Both the position numbers and the translations under genes were made by a program. A stretch of 64,000 nt of DNA, from assembly GCA_041483195.1 (NCBI GenBank), contig JBGPFC010000006.1:1-64000 (forward strand). Reading direction: 5' to 3'. Every line of letters begins with the position of its first letter. Positions within the stretch are counted from its first letter, which is position 1. The notes beneath the pieces are model-generated. The model did no database searches, was not told where the DNA came from, and was given only the letters and a program-made list of their open reading frames with translations. Of the stretch, positions 9,715 through 18,710 are shown in pieces. This stretch comes from Candidatus Eiseniibacteriota bacterium (GTDB lineage Bacteria > Eisenbacteria > RBG-16-71-46).

Positions 9715-10076
9715 TTCGCCGGTGTGGCCTCGATCGTCTTCTTCGACGACAGGCGGGCCGCCTTGCCGGAGCGCTTGCGCAGGTAGAACAGCTTCGCGCG
9801 GCGCACTTTCGAATGCTTGATGACCTTCACGTCCCCCACCGACGGCCCGTGGAGCGGGAAGGTGCGCTCGACCCCGACGCCCTCGCTGATCTTGCGCACC
9901 GTGAAGGTGCGGCGCAGGCCGGCTCCGCGCACGTTGATGATCTCGCCTCGAAACTTCTGCTGACGCTCCTTGTCGCCCTCGATGACGCGCACCGACACCT
10001 CGACGGTATCGCCGGGGCGGATCTCGGGGCGGTCGGTCTTCAGCTGGGCGGCTTCGACTTTTTCCATCAGGCCCAT
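9711..10076 (-). CDS. rplS: 50S ribosomal protein L19
   Basis: [47 protein letters not shown]. Confidence 0.98.
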   Translation of the reverse strand: MGLMEKVEAAQLKTDRPEIRPGDTVEVSVRVIEGDKERQQKFRGEIINVRGAGLRRTFTVRKISEGVGVERTFPLHGPSVGDVKVIKHSKVRRAKLFYLRKRSGKAARLSSKKTIEATPAK

Positions 10077-10133
10077 GGTCGGGCTCCTTTCTGCAAATGC
10101 CCGAACGCGCGGGCGGATGACGAGCGGCCGGGG

Positions 10134-10162
10134 AGTATAGGCGAGAGCTTCGCCCCCACCAA
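10134..10162 (-). promoter_or_regulatory. putative dedicated sigma70 promoter for rplS-rnhB
   Basis: TTGGTG-N17-TATACT; spacer contains GGCGA-agctc-TCGCC inverted repeat. Confidence 0.55.
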
Positions 10163-10211
10163 ACGGGTTTTGCGCGTCACGTCGCGGCCGGATCGTGGCC
10201 GCGCCAGCCGC

Positions 10212-10919
10212 TCAGTTGGACGCGGCCTGCGGATCGAGGTAGCGCGCCTTGAGCGTGCCGAGCGTCACCGGAGGCGATGCCTGCGCCCGGAGCGTCGGGG
10301 CCGGCTTGATCGCGACCCCGTCCTCCCAGCGCGCGATCCACCAGCGCGTCGAGTCGGGCTTCATGCCCCGGTCGCGCATCTCCTGCGGGATGCAGGCGGA
10401 ATCGCCCCGCACGAGATAGAACCGCTCCATGCCCAGCACGCGGTATTCCCGCTGCGGATTGTCCACGACCAGGATGAGCTCCGAGTCGATGAGGCGATGC
10501 CAGCGGGGGTTCCTTCCCGGACGATCGTCCGGGAGATCCGCGAGCAGGCGGTCGAACTGGAGCGCGACATAAGTCGCCGGCGGCTCGACCGCGCTGCCGC
10601 GCACCAGCAGGTTCTGCACGAAGTCGATCTCGTCGCGCCGGGTCCAGGGCCGCCCGCGAAACCGGTTGCCCGCGGTATCGGCCGCCGAGAACACGAACTC
10701 GAAATCGCAGGTGAACAGGTCCCGGCAGGGTTCGGTCTCGCCGCGCTCCCAGCACCACTCGATTCGATGAAGGGTGTTCTGCGGCGAGGTCGCCTCGGGA
10801 GCGGTTGGGGTCTTCGGCGTCACGGGCAGCTGAATCCGCGTGGAGCAGCCCAGCACGACCAGCAACGCAACGGCGAGCGGGGCGCGGCCGGCGCGGCGGG
10901 CCAATTCGGGGAGGGCCAT
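10212..10919 (-). CDS. hypothetical lipoprotein with C-terminal TLGTLKARY motif
   Basis: Hydrophobic signal with lipobox VVLG-C; fills the gap between degT-like gene and rplS on the same strand. Confidence 0.7.
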   Translation of the reverse strand: MALPELARRAGRAPLAVALLVVLGCSTRIQLPVTPKTPTAPEATSPQNTLHRIEWCWERGETEPCRDLFTCDFEFVFSAADTAGNRFRGRPWTRRDEIDFVQNLLVRGSAVEPPATYVALQFDRLLADLPDDRPGRNPRWHRLIDSELILVVDNPQREYRVLGMERFYLVRGDSACIPQEMRDRGMKPDSTRWWIARWEDGVAIKPAPTLRAQASPPVTLGTLKARYLDPQAASN

Positions 10920-11020
10920 GATGCGTCATACTCCGCGCCCGGCCGGTGGTTCCGCAAGGCTGGGCCGGGCCTCGAGAATGGGCCCGGGGCGGCGCGCGCC
11001 GCGGCCCATCCGCGCGCCCG

Positions 11021-12127
11021 TCAGCCGCCAGCCGCTGAAAAGCCGTTCACCGCCTGGATCACGCTCTGCTGCTGCGCGGGGGTCAGCGCGGGATGGAGCG
11101 GCAGCGAGAGCACTTCGTTCGCGGCGCGCTCGGTCTCGGGGAGCGCGCCCGGCAGCAGCCGGAGATGGGAGTAGGCCGGCTGGAGGTGCGCCGGGATGGG
11201 ATAGTGAACCTGAGATCCCACCTCGCGCGAGGCAAGGTGCTTGGCCAGCGCGTCCCGGCGGGGGTGGCGCACGACGTAGAGATGGTAGACGTGGCGGCGG
11301 CCAGGCAGCTCGCGGGGAATCGTGACGCCCTCGAGGCTCGCGTCGTAGCGCGCGGCGATCGCGCGGCGATCGGCGTTCATGGTCTCGAGACGCCGCAGCT
11401 TGATGCGCAGCACGGCGGCCTGCAGCTCATCGAGCCGGCTGTTCACGCCGCACTCGACGTGCCGGTATCGGTCGCTCTGCCCGCCGTTCCGCAATCGGCG
11501 CACGCGCTCCGCGATCTCTTCGCGCTCGGTGACCACCGCGCCGCCGTCGCCGTACGCGCCCAGGTTCTTGGTCGGGTAGAACGAGAAGGCCGCGGCGTCG
11601 CCGAAGCGTCCGACCGGGCGGCGGCGGTAGAGCGCGCCTTGCGCCTGCGCGCAGTCCTCGACCACCGCGATGCCGCGGCGGCGGGCGATCTCGAGGATGG
11701 GTTCGAGGTCGGCGGCCTGGCCGTACAGATGCACCGGAACGATGGCCTTCGTCCTCTGCGTGATCGCGGCTTCGAGCTGGGCCGGATCGAGCGTCATCCC
11801 GACCGGCTCGATGTCGCAGAACACGGGGGTCGCGCCCAGCATCGAGATCGCGAGCGCGGTGAAGGTCGCGGTGTGGCTCGCGGTGACCACCTCGTCGCCC
11901 GCTCCCACGCCGAGCGCCGAGAGCGCGAGCCGGATCGCGTCGGTGCCGCACGCGACCCCTACCGCGTGCGCGCTCCCGATGCTCGCCGCGAACTCGGTCT
12001 CGAACGCCTTCAGCTCCTCGCCCAGCACGAAGCTGCCGCGCTCCACCACGCGGCGCATCGCCGCGATGATCTCCTCTCGAACCGGAGCGTCCTGCGCCGC
12101 CAGCGCATTGAACGGGACCTGGGTCAT
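11021..12127 (-). CDS. DegT/DnrJ/EryC1/StrS family sugar aminotransferase
   Basis: VPVHLYGQ, EDCAQA.G, FSFYPTKNLGAYGDGG (PLP lysine), NSRLDELQAA; ATGA overlap with trmD. Confidence 0.95.
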   Translation of the reverse strand: MTQVPFNALAAQDAPVREEIIAAMRRVVERGSFVLGEELKAFETEFAASIGSAHAVGVACGTDAIRLALSALGVGAGDEVVTASHTATFTALAISMLGATPVFCDIEPVGMTLDPAQLEAAITQRTKAIVPVHLYGQAADLEPILEIARRRGIAVVEDCAQAQGALYRRRPVGRFGDAAAFSFYPTKNLGAYGDGGAVVTEREEIAERVRRLRNGGQSDRYRHVECGVNSRLDELQAAVLRIKLRRLETMNADRRAIAARYDASLEGVTIPRELPGRRHVYHLYVVRHPRRDALAKHLASREVGSQVHYPIPAHLQPAYSHLRLLPGALPETERAANEVLSLPLHPALTPAQQQSVIQAVNGFSAAGG

Positions 12128-12912
12128 GCGCGCTCCTTCCCGGCATCGGTGCGCGGCGTTTCGGCGGCGCGCTGCCGCTCGAACTCGCGCAGGGTTCGGC
12201 GATCCTCGGGGCTGAGCGTCGCGTGCGCAAGCAGCTCCGGGCGACGCTCGAAGGTGCGGCGCAGGGTTTCGAGCCGGCGCGCGCGCGCGATCTGCTCGTG
12301 ATGGCCCGAGAGCAGCACCTCGGGCACCCCCCAGCCCCGATATTCGGCGGGCCGCGTGTAGTAGGGGGCGTCGAGCAGGCCGGAGTGAAACGTATCGCTC
12401 TCGACCGAGTCGAAGCTTCCGACCACGCCGGGCAGCAGGCGTGCCACCGCGTCCACCACGCAGATCGCCGCCGGCTCGCCGCCCGAGAGTATGAAGTCCC
12501 CGATCGAGAGCTCCTCGTCGGCGAGGTGCTCGATGACGCGCTCGTCAACGCCCTTGTAGCGCCCGCAGATCAACACCAGATGCTCGAGCGCCGCGTACTC
12601 GAGCGCCACGCCCTGGGTGAGGGCGCGGCCCTGCGGCGAGAGCAGCACCACCCGCGTGCCGGGCGGCCGCGCGCCCTTCGCGCCGACCGGGAGCGAGGCG
12701 AGCGCGCGATCGATGGGCTCCACCTTCATGATCATCCCGACCCCGCCGCCGAATGGATAGTCGTCGGTGGTGCGATGGGTGTCGGTCGTGAAGTCGCGCA
12801 GCTGGAGCACCCGCACCTCGAGCTGCCCCTTCTCGCGGGCCGCGCGCACCATCCCCTCCGCGAGCGTCGGCGGGAAGAAGTCGGGAAAGATGGTGAGCAC
12901 CGAGATGATCAT
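12124..12912 (-). CDS. trmD: tRNA (guanine37-N1)-methyltransferase
   Basis: DDYPFGGG.GM, LSPQG, LICGRY.GVDERV, SIGDFILSGGE, P.YTRP, VPEVLLSGHH; start trimmed to ATG 12912. Confidence 0.97.
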   Translation of the reverse strand: MIISVLTIFPDFFPPTLAEGMVRAAREKGQLEVRVLQLRDFTTDTHRTTDDYPFGGGVGMIMKVEPIDRALASLPVGAKGARPPGTRVVLLSPQGRALTQGVALEYAALEHLVLICGRYKGVDERVIEHLADEELSIGDFILSGGEPAAICVVDAVARLLPGVVGSFDSVESDTFHSGLLDAPYYTRPAEYRGWGVPEVLLSGHHEQIARARRLETLRRTFERRPELLAHATLSPEDRRTLREFERQRAAETPRTDAGKERA

Positions 12913-12925
12913 GATCGCCTTCCGC

Positions 12926-13432
12926 TCAGAGATCTTCGAGGCCGGCGGGAAGCTCCACGGTGATGACGCGGGCATCGAGATCGACGTTTCGAACGACCTC
13001 GGAGGTCCCGGGCACCAGCAGCTCGCGCTCGCCCCGCACGACGTAGATCGGATGCGCGCCGGTCGAGACGATGTCTTCGAGCACGCCCAGCCGGCGTCCG
13101 TCCGCGGTGCGCACCTCGAGGCCCAGCAGCTGGAATGTGTACGCAACGCCCGGCCCCGGGTCGGGCAGCGCGTGACGCTCCACCAGCAGTTCGCCCTGCG
13201 TGAGCGCAGCTGCGCGGTCGCGGTCGTCGCAGCCGGCGAACCGCACCAGCATGCGGGGGATGGCGGGGCGCGCGGCGGTGAGGTCGAGCGGCTGCGTCTC
13301 TCCCCGCCGGCCGCGCCAGACGAAGTGCCGCACGCCGAGCAGCTCCTGGGCGGACAGCGTGCACGAATCGAGCGTCAACTCACCCTTCAGCCCGTGGGGA
13401 CGCCCCACGCGAGCCACCCGCATGAGGCCCAC
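12926..13432 (-). CDS. rimM: ribosome maturation factor RimM
   Basis: RVGRPHGLKGE, DRDRAAAL.Q.EL.V....LP, C-terminal PRC barrel; between khpA and trmD. Confidence 0.93.
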   Translation of the reverse strand: MGLMRVARVGRPHGLKGELTLDSCTLSAQELLGVRHFVWRGRRGETQPLDLTAARPAIPRMLVRFAGCDDRDRAAALTQGELLVERHALPDPGPGVAYTFQLLGLEVRTADGRRLGVLEDIVSTGAHPIYVVRGERELLVPGTSEVVRNVDLDARVITVELPAGLEDL

Positions 13433-13464
13433 GCCGGCCGGGCCGGTCGCACCCGGGGTCTCCG

Positions 13465-13806
13465 TCAGTCCGCGATCTCCAGATCGGCGCGGCGTCCGGA
13501 ACGCGCGGCGGCCGCGCCGAGCGCGAGCCGCATCGAGCGCACCGTGCGGCCCTGCTTGCCGATCACATGGCCGAGATCGTCGGGATGGACGTGCAGCTCG
13601 AAGCTCGCGTCCGGGCCGGGACTCAGGATCTCGACCGCGACGTCGTCGGGGTGATCCACCAGTCCGCGCGCCATGAACGCGACCAGATCGCGCTCCCTGA
13701 GATCGTCAGCGGCGGGCTCGTGGCGCTCGCGACGCGGCGCGGCTTCACGCGACGGCGAATATTCCACTTCAGCATCTTGCCCGGATTCGACTTCGACATC
13801 GGACAT
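13465..13806 (-). CDS. khpA: KH-domain RNA-binding protein KhpA with acidic N-terminal extension
   Basis: LVDHPDDV.V, ELHVHPDDLGHVIGKQGRT (GxxG KH motif); start ATG 13806 (GAGG RBS); upstream of rimM. Confidence 0.9.
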   Translation of the reverse strand: MSDVEVESGQDAEVEYSPSREAAPRRERHEPAADDLRERDLVAFMARGLVDHPDDVAVEILSPGPDASFELHVHPDDLGHVIGKQGRTVRSMRLALGAAAARSGRRADLEIAD

Positions 13807-13841
13807 GACCTCGGCGTCGGAGGCGGGCGGACGGCGCGGCG

Positions 13842-14861
13842 TCAGGTCGTGGCGCGGGACGGACTCACCGCGACCTTCGACAACCGGATCCCGGTCAGCA
13901 GGAGCAGGAGCGTCCACAGCGCCAGCAGCAGGAGTGCCGGCATCGGCCGGTCGAGCTTGAGGACCACGAGACCGCTTGCGCAGAGGGCGGCCCCACTGAA
14001 CCACAGGAGGAGTACGGTCGTCTTCGGACATTTCAACACGCTCGCAAGTCGGTGGTTGCTGTGATCCTTGCCGCCCTCGTAGATCTTGCGTCCCTCGCGG
14101 AGGCGGTTGATCACGACGAATATCATGTCGAATGCCGGGTAACCGAGCATCAGCGCGGCTCCCAGGCGGCCCCAACCGTGCGGCGGCCCGAGACAGGCCA
14201 GCACCGCCGAGGCCCCGAGACTATAGCCCAGAACCAGGCTTCCCGCGTCACCCAGGAAAATCGAGGCACGCGGGAAGTTGTACTTCAGGAATCCCAGGCA
14301 CGCCCCGGCCAGCGCGAGCTGCGCAGCTGCGGTGCCCGTGGCGCCGCGCCACGCCGAGTGCACGGCGAACGCGGCGAGCGTGACCGCCGCGAGTCCGCCC
14401 ACCATGCCGTTCATGTTGTCGAGGAAGTTGACGGCGTTCATCAGCCCGATCAGCGCGACCAGCACCAGCGGGATCGAGACGGCGGAGGGCAGGCCGAAGG
14501 TGGGGGTTCCGCTCGAGATGAGCACCGAAGCACCGGCCGCGGCCTGACCGAGCAGCTTGACCGACGGCCGCATCCCGAAGCGGTCGTCCCATAGCCCGAT
14601 CCCGAGCGCGATCAGCGCGCCGATCAGCAGCCCCACGCCCCGGCGATCGATGGCCGATGCGCCGGCCGTGTGCGCCGCGAGCCAGCCGCCGAGCGCCGCG
14701 ACGAACACCGCGACGCCGCCCAGCAGGGCGGTCGCCTTCGTGTGGAGTTTGCGAGCTTCGGGGTGATCGAGAAATGCCGTCGTCCACGCCAGCCGCCTGG
14801 CGAGCGGGACCAGGATCAGGGCGAGGACGATGGAGACTCCGAACGCGACCGCGAGCGCCAT
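13842..14861 (-). CDS. MraY/WecA/TagO family undecaprenyl-phosphate sugar-1-phosphate transferase
   Basis: D.P..RKLH....LLGGVA, GLWDD, NAVNFLDNMNG, YNFP.ASIFLGDAGS, GGKDH..HRL; ~10 TM segments. Confidence 0.92.
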   Translation of the reverse strand: MALAVAFGVSIVLALILVPLARRLAWTTAFLDHPEARKLHTKATALLGGVAVFVAALGGWLAAHTAGASAIDRRGVGLLIGALIALGIGLWDDRFGMRPSVKLLGQAAAGASVLISSGTPTFGLPSAVSIPLVLVALIGLMNAVNFLDNMNGMVGGLAAVTLAAFAVHSAWRGATGTAAAQLALAGACLGFLKYNFPRASIFLGDAGSLVLGYSLGASAVLACLGPPHGWGRLGAALMLGYPAFDMIFVVINRLREGRKIYEGGKDHSNHRLASVLKCPKTTVLLLWFSGAALCASGLVVLKLDRPMPALLLLALWTLLLLLTGIRLSKVAVSPSRATT

Positions 14862-14892
14862 CTCCGAGCCTGCCGCGCGCCGCGTCGCCGGA

Positions 14893-15891
14893 TCAGGCGG
14901 TCGCGACCCCCACCGGACAGGGCATGCTCAGCTGCTCGCAGGTGTCCCGGATGGTGATCTCGAGGAGCTGGTCGAGGTTGACCTCCGGGCGGAAGCCGAC
15001 CGTCCGGCGAATCTTGCCGAGCGCGGGAACGCGCCGGCGCATATCCTCGAAGGAGCTGCCGTACACGTCTTCGTAAGGCACGAACTGGATGGTCGAGCTG
15101 CTGCCGCACATGCGTCGCACCCGATGCGCGAGTTCGAGCACGGTGACCTCTTCGTCGGTGCCGATGTTGAAGACGTCGCCCTCGGCCGCTTTGCAGTCGG
15201 CGAGCATCAGCACGCCGCGCACCACGTCGCTGACCGCCGAGAAGCAACGGGTCTGGAGCCCGTCACCGTATACGTGGATCGGCTCGTCGCGCAGCGCGCG
15301 CGCGATCATGTTCGGAATCACCATGCCGTAGGCGCCGGTCTGGCGCGGGCCGCAGGTGTTGAAGCAGCGCACGATGACCACCGGCAGCTGCTTCTGCTGC
15401 CAGTACGCCTGGGCCAGGCACTCGTCCACCGCCTTGCCGCAGGCGTACGACCAGCGCAGCTTGGTGGTGGGCCCCAGCACGCGGTCGTCGTCCTCGGAGA
15501 ACGGGACGGTGGTTCCCTTGCCGTACACCTCGCTGCTCGAGAACAGGATCGCCTTGCGTCCGGCCCTGCACGCGGCTTCGAGCACGACCTCGGTTCCGCG
15601 GATGTTGGTGATCAGCGAACGCAGCGGGTTCTCGAGGACGTAGCGCACGCCCACCGCGGCGGCGAGGTGGTACACGAGATCGCACTGCGCGACCAGACCC
15701 GTCACGATCGCGGCTTCTGTGACATTGCACTCGAGGAATCGAAATCGGGGATGGTGTTCGAAGGTCTTCAGATTTTCGAGCCGGCCGGTGGATAGATCAT
15801 CGAGAGCCCATACTTCGTGGCCACGTTGCAGAAGCTGTTCCGATAGATGTGATCCGATGAATCCCGCACCTCCTGTGACGAGGACCCTCAT
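14893..15891 (-). CDS. NAD-dependent nucleotide-sugar epimerase/dehydratase (UDP-GlcA decarboxylase-like)
   Basis: MRVLVTGGAGFIGSHL, HLAAAVGV, SSSEVYG, WSYACGK (YxxxK), R.FN..GPRQ. Confidence 0.92.
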   Translation of the reverse strand: MRVLVTGGAGFIGSHLSEQLLQRGHEVWALDDLSTGRLENLKTFEHHPRFRFLECNVTEAAIVTGLVAQCDLVYHLAAAVGVRYVLENPLRSLITNIRGTEVVLEAACRAGRKAILFSSSEVYGKGTTVPFSEDDDRVLGPTTKLRWSYACGKAVDECLAQAYWQQKQLPVVIVRCFNTCGPRQTGAYGMVIPNMIARALRDEPIHVYGDGLQTRCFSAVSDVVRGVLMLADCKAAEGDVFNIGTDEEVTVLELAHRVRRMCGSSSTIQFVPYEDVYGSSFEDMRRRVPALGKIRRTVGFRPEVNLDQLLEITIRDTCEQLSMPCPVGVATA

Positions 15892-15992
15892 CAATTTCCC
15901 TCCGTGTCTCGTCCCGCGCGGACGTGCATCCGAGAGCGGGGCGGTGTTCGGCGCGCCCATCCAGAGACGGCCGATGATGCCTACTTTCGCGC

Positions 15993-16022
15993 AGGCTATT
16001 GAATACGACCGGGAATTGTCAA
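15993..16022 (-). promoter_or_regulatory. putative sigma70 promoter for epimerase-wecA-khpA-rimM-trmD-degT
   Basis: TTGACA-N18-TAGCCT in AT-richer divergent intergenic region. Confidence 0.55.
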
Positions 16023-16269
16023 CGGCAACCTAGGGGGAACGTCCCAGTCATCGGCAAATCAGACCGCGTGCATTATCGCCGCGCCGCGCCCCGGGCGCCA
16101 GCGGCAATCTGACCTTTTCGCACGCGCTGGGGTCGCGGGACCGGCGCCAGGCCCGGCATCACGCTGGACACTTGCCGGGCCGGTTCGCTAGCTTGCTCGC
16201 GGTGTTTGCTGGCGAACCCGCGCCCGCCCCTGCGCAACGCGCGACCGGCCTGCGGCCGGCAGGAACGAG

Positions 16270-17544
16270 ATGACTGCGCCCCGAGCCCTGTCGATTCCCC
16301 AGTCGAAATCGTGGCACGCGGCGTTCGATCGCCTCGCGCCCGCGAGTTTTCTGCTGCTGGCGGCCGTGCTCCCCTGGACCATCGCGCCGATGGGGATCGC
16401 GACCGGGCTGTGCGCCGCGCTCACACTCGGCCTGGTCGCGCGCGGCGCCCGCCCCCCCGCCACGCCGGTGCTGATTCCCGCGCTCGCGTGGATGGGGGCT
16501 CTGGTGCTCGCCGCGTCGTTCGCCGAGGATCACGCGGCGAGCCTGCCGCGCCTCGGCAAGGCGCTGTTTCCCGCGCTGGTGCCGCTCGCGGCCATGCACG
16601 CGGCGGATCGCACCCGCGGCGCGCGCGCGCTGGCGGTGCTGCTCGCCTCCTCCGCGCTCGCCTCCGCGCTCGGGCTCTCGGTGTTCATCGCGCACGGCGC
16701 CGGGTTTGCGTCGCGGGCGCGCGGCCCGGTCGGGCACTACATGACGTTCGCGGGGCAGCTCCTGCTGTTCGTGAGCCTCGCCACCGGCATCGCGCTGCTC
16801 GCGGGCGAGCGGCGCGTGCGGTTCGCGGCACTCGCGGCCGCGGCGCTCGGCGCGGCCGCGCTCGCCGCGACCTACACCCGCAGCTCGTGGCTCGGGCTCG
16901 CGGCCGCGCTGATCGTGATGCTGGCCCTCACGCGCCCGCGCTGGCTCCCGGCGCTGGCCATCGTCATCATCGCGCTCGTGATGTTCTCGCCCGGCCACTT
17001 TCGCGCGCGCCTCGTCAGCGTGTTCGATCCGCAGAACGTGTGGAATCGCGAGCGCACCTACATGTGGAGCGCCGGCGTGCGCATCTTCCGCGATCATCCG
17101 ATCACGGGCGTGGGGCTCCAGGACCTCCACGCGGTGTACGACCGCTACCGTCCGCCCGAATCGAGCGAGCGCGCCGGGCACCTGCACAGCGTCCCGGTGC
17201 AGATCGCGGCGAGCATGGGAATGGTCGGGCTCGCGGCGTTCGCCTGGCTCTACGGCGCGCTGCTCTGGAGCGCGGCGCGGGACTTACGCGCCGCCTGCCG
17301 CGCGAGGGGGCTCGGTGCGGGCGTGCGGCTCGGGGTGACCGCCGCGCTCGCGGGCTTTCTCGTCGCCGGGCTCTTCGAGTGGAACTTCGGAGACGAGGAG
17401 CTGCTCTATCCGCTGTTCGTGATGGTGGGAATCGCGTGGGCCGCGCGCGACTGGGACGCCGCGCACGCGCAGGCGCCCCGCGCCCTCGACCCCGCACCGG
17501 CGGGCGCTGGAACGTCCGCGCTCGCGGCGGAGGGCGGGCGATGA
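16270..17544 (+). CDS. O-antigen ligase (WaaL/Wzy_C) family membrane protein
   Basis: TYTRSSWLG, ER.YMW..G..IFRDHPITGVG, HLHS...Q..A.MG.VG; many TM helices. Confidence 0.9.
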   Translation: MTAPRALSIPQSKSWHAAFDRLAPASFLLLAAVLPWTIAPMGIATGLCAALTLGLVARGARPPATPVLIPALAWMGALVLAASFAEDHAASLPRLGKALFPALVPLAAMHAADRTRGARALAVLLASSALASALGLSVFIAHGAGFASRARGPVGHYMTFAGQLLLFVSLATGIALLAGERRVRFAALAAAALGAAALAATYTRSSWLGLAAALIVMLALTRPRWLPALAIVIIALVMFSPGHFRARLVSVFDPQNVWNRERTYMWSAGVRIFRDHPITGVGLQDLHAVYDRYRPPESSERAGHLHSVPVQIAASMGMVGLAAFAWLYGALLWSAARDLRAACRARGLGAGVRLGVTAALAGFLVAGLFEWNFGDEELLYPLFVMVGIAWAARDWDAAHAQAPRALDPAPAGAGTSALAAEGGR

Positions 17545-18710
17545 GGGTGGCGCTGGTCCACGACTGGCTCACCGGCATGCGCGGCGGCGAGAAGGTGCTG
17601 GAGCGCCTGTGCGGGCTCTTCCCGGACGCCGATCTCTTCACGCTGGTGTGGAAGCGCGGGTCGGTGTCGAGGGCCATCGAGCGCCATCGTATCCGCGTAA
17701 GCTTCATCCAGTGGCTTCCCGACGCCGCGCGGCTCTATCGCTGGTATCTGCCCCTCTACCCCGCCGCGATCGAGAGCTTCGATCTCGCCGGGTACGACGT
17801 CGTGATCTCGTCGAGCCACGCGGTCGCGAAGGGCGTGCGGGTCCCGCCCGCGGCGTTTCACCTGAGCTATGTATTCACCCCGATGCGCTACATCTGGGAG
17901 CTCGAGGCGCAGTATTTTCCACCGGGGCGATTCCCATGGCCGCTCGGCCATCTGGTGCGCGCCACCTGCGCGCGGCTGCGCGCCTGGGATGTTCGCACCA
18001 GCCGGCGCCCGAACGTGATGCTCGCGGATTCCGCGCACGTCGCGGCGCGCATCGCGCGCCACTACGGGCGCGAGGCCGAGGTGCTCTACCCGCCGGTGGA
18101 CCTCGCGCGCTTCACCCCGGGCGCAGGCCCGCGCGACTACGACCTGGTGGCCGGCGCGTTCGCGCCATACAAGCGCGCCGACCTCGCCATCGAGGCGAGC
18201 CGCCGGCTCGCGCGCCCGCTGGTCGTGGTGGGGAGCGGGCCGGACGAGGCGCGACTCAGGCGCATGGCCGGGCCGCAGGTCACGTTTCGCGGCTGGGTCT
18301 CCGACGACGAGATGGCGGAGCTCTACCGGGGCGCGCGCGCGCTGCTGTTCCCAGGCGAGGAGGATTTCGGAATCGTTCCGGTCGAGGCGATCGCGAGCGG
18401 CTGCCCGGTGGTGGCGTACGGGCGCGGCGGCGCGCTCGAGACCGTGGGCCGCGGCGCGCGCGCTGAAGATCTCACGGTGGTCGCTCGCGGCGGCATCGCG
18501 GCGGTGCCGAACGGGGTGTTGTTCGGAGAGCAGACGGTGGACTCGCTGTGCGAGGCGCTCCGCGCGCTCGAGCCGCTGCGCTTCGAACCCAACGCGCTGC
18601 GTGCGGCCGCCGAGCCGTTCGCGCCGGCGGCGTTCGATCGCGGTTTCATGGAAGCGTTCGAGCGCGGGCGCGCCGCGCGGCGGCCGAATGCCAGGAGCGA
18701 CGCGGCGTGA
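17541..18710 (+). CDS. glycosyltransferase family 4 (WbaZ-like)
   Basis: MRVALVHDWLTGMRGGEKVL, ISSSHAVAKG, EEDFGIVPVEAIASG; ATGA overlap with upstream gene. Confidence 0.93.
   Translation: MRVALVHDWLTGMRGGEKVLERLCGLFPDADLFTLVWKRGSVSRAIERHRIRVSFIQWLPDAARLYRWYLPLYPAAIESFDLAGYDVVISSSHAVAKGVRVPPAAFHLSYVFTPMRYIWELEAQYFPPGRFPWPLGHLVRATCARLRAWDVRTSRRPNVMLADSAHVAARIARHYGREAEVLYPPVDLARFTPGAGPRDYDLVAGAFAPYKRADLAIEASRRLARPLVVVGSGPDEARLRRMAGPQVTFRGWVSDDEMAELYRGARALLFPGEEDFGIVPVEAIASGCPVVAYGRGGALETVGRGARAEDLTVVARGGIAAVPNGVLFGEQTVDSLCEALRALEPLRFEPNALRAAAEPFAPAAFDRGFMEAFERGRAARRPNARSDAA

Noticed and set aside
16206..18710. Apparent 834-aa GT4 fusion
   Set aside because: The N-terminal half overlaps the ligase gene out of frame; the real start is the ATGA overlap at 17541.
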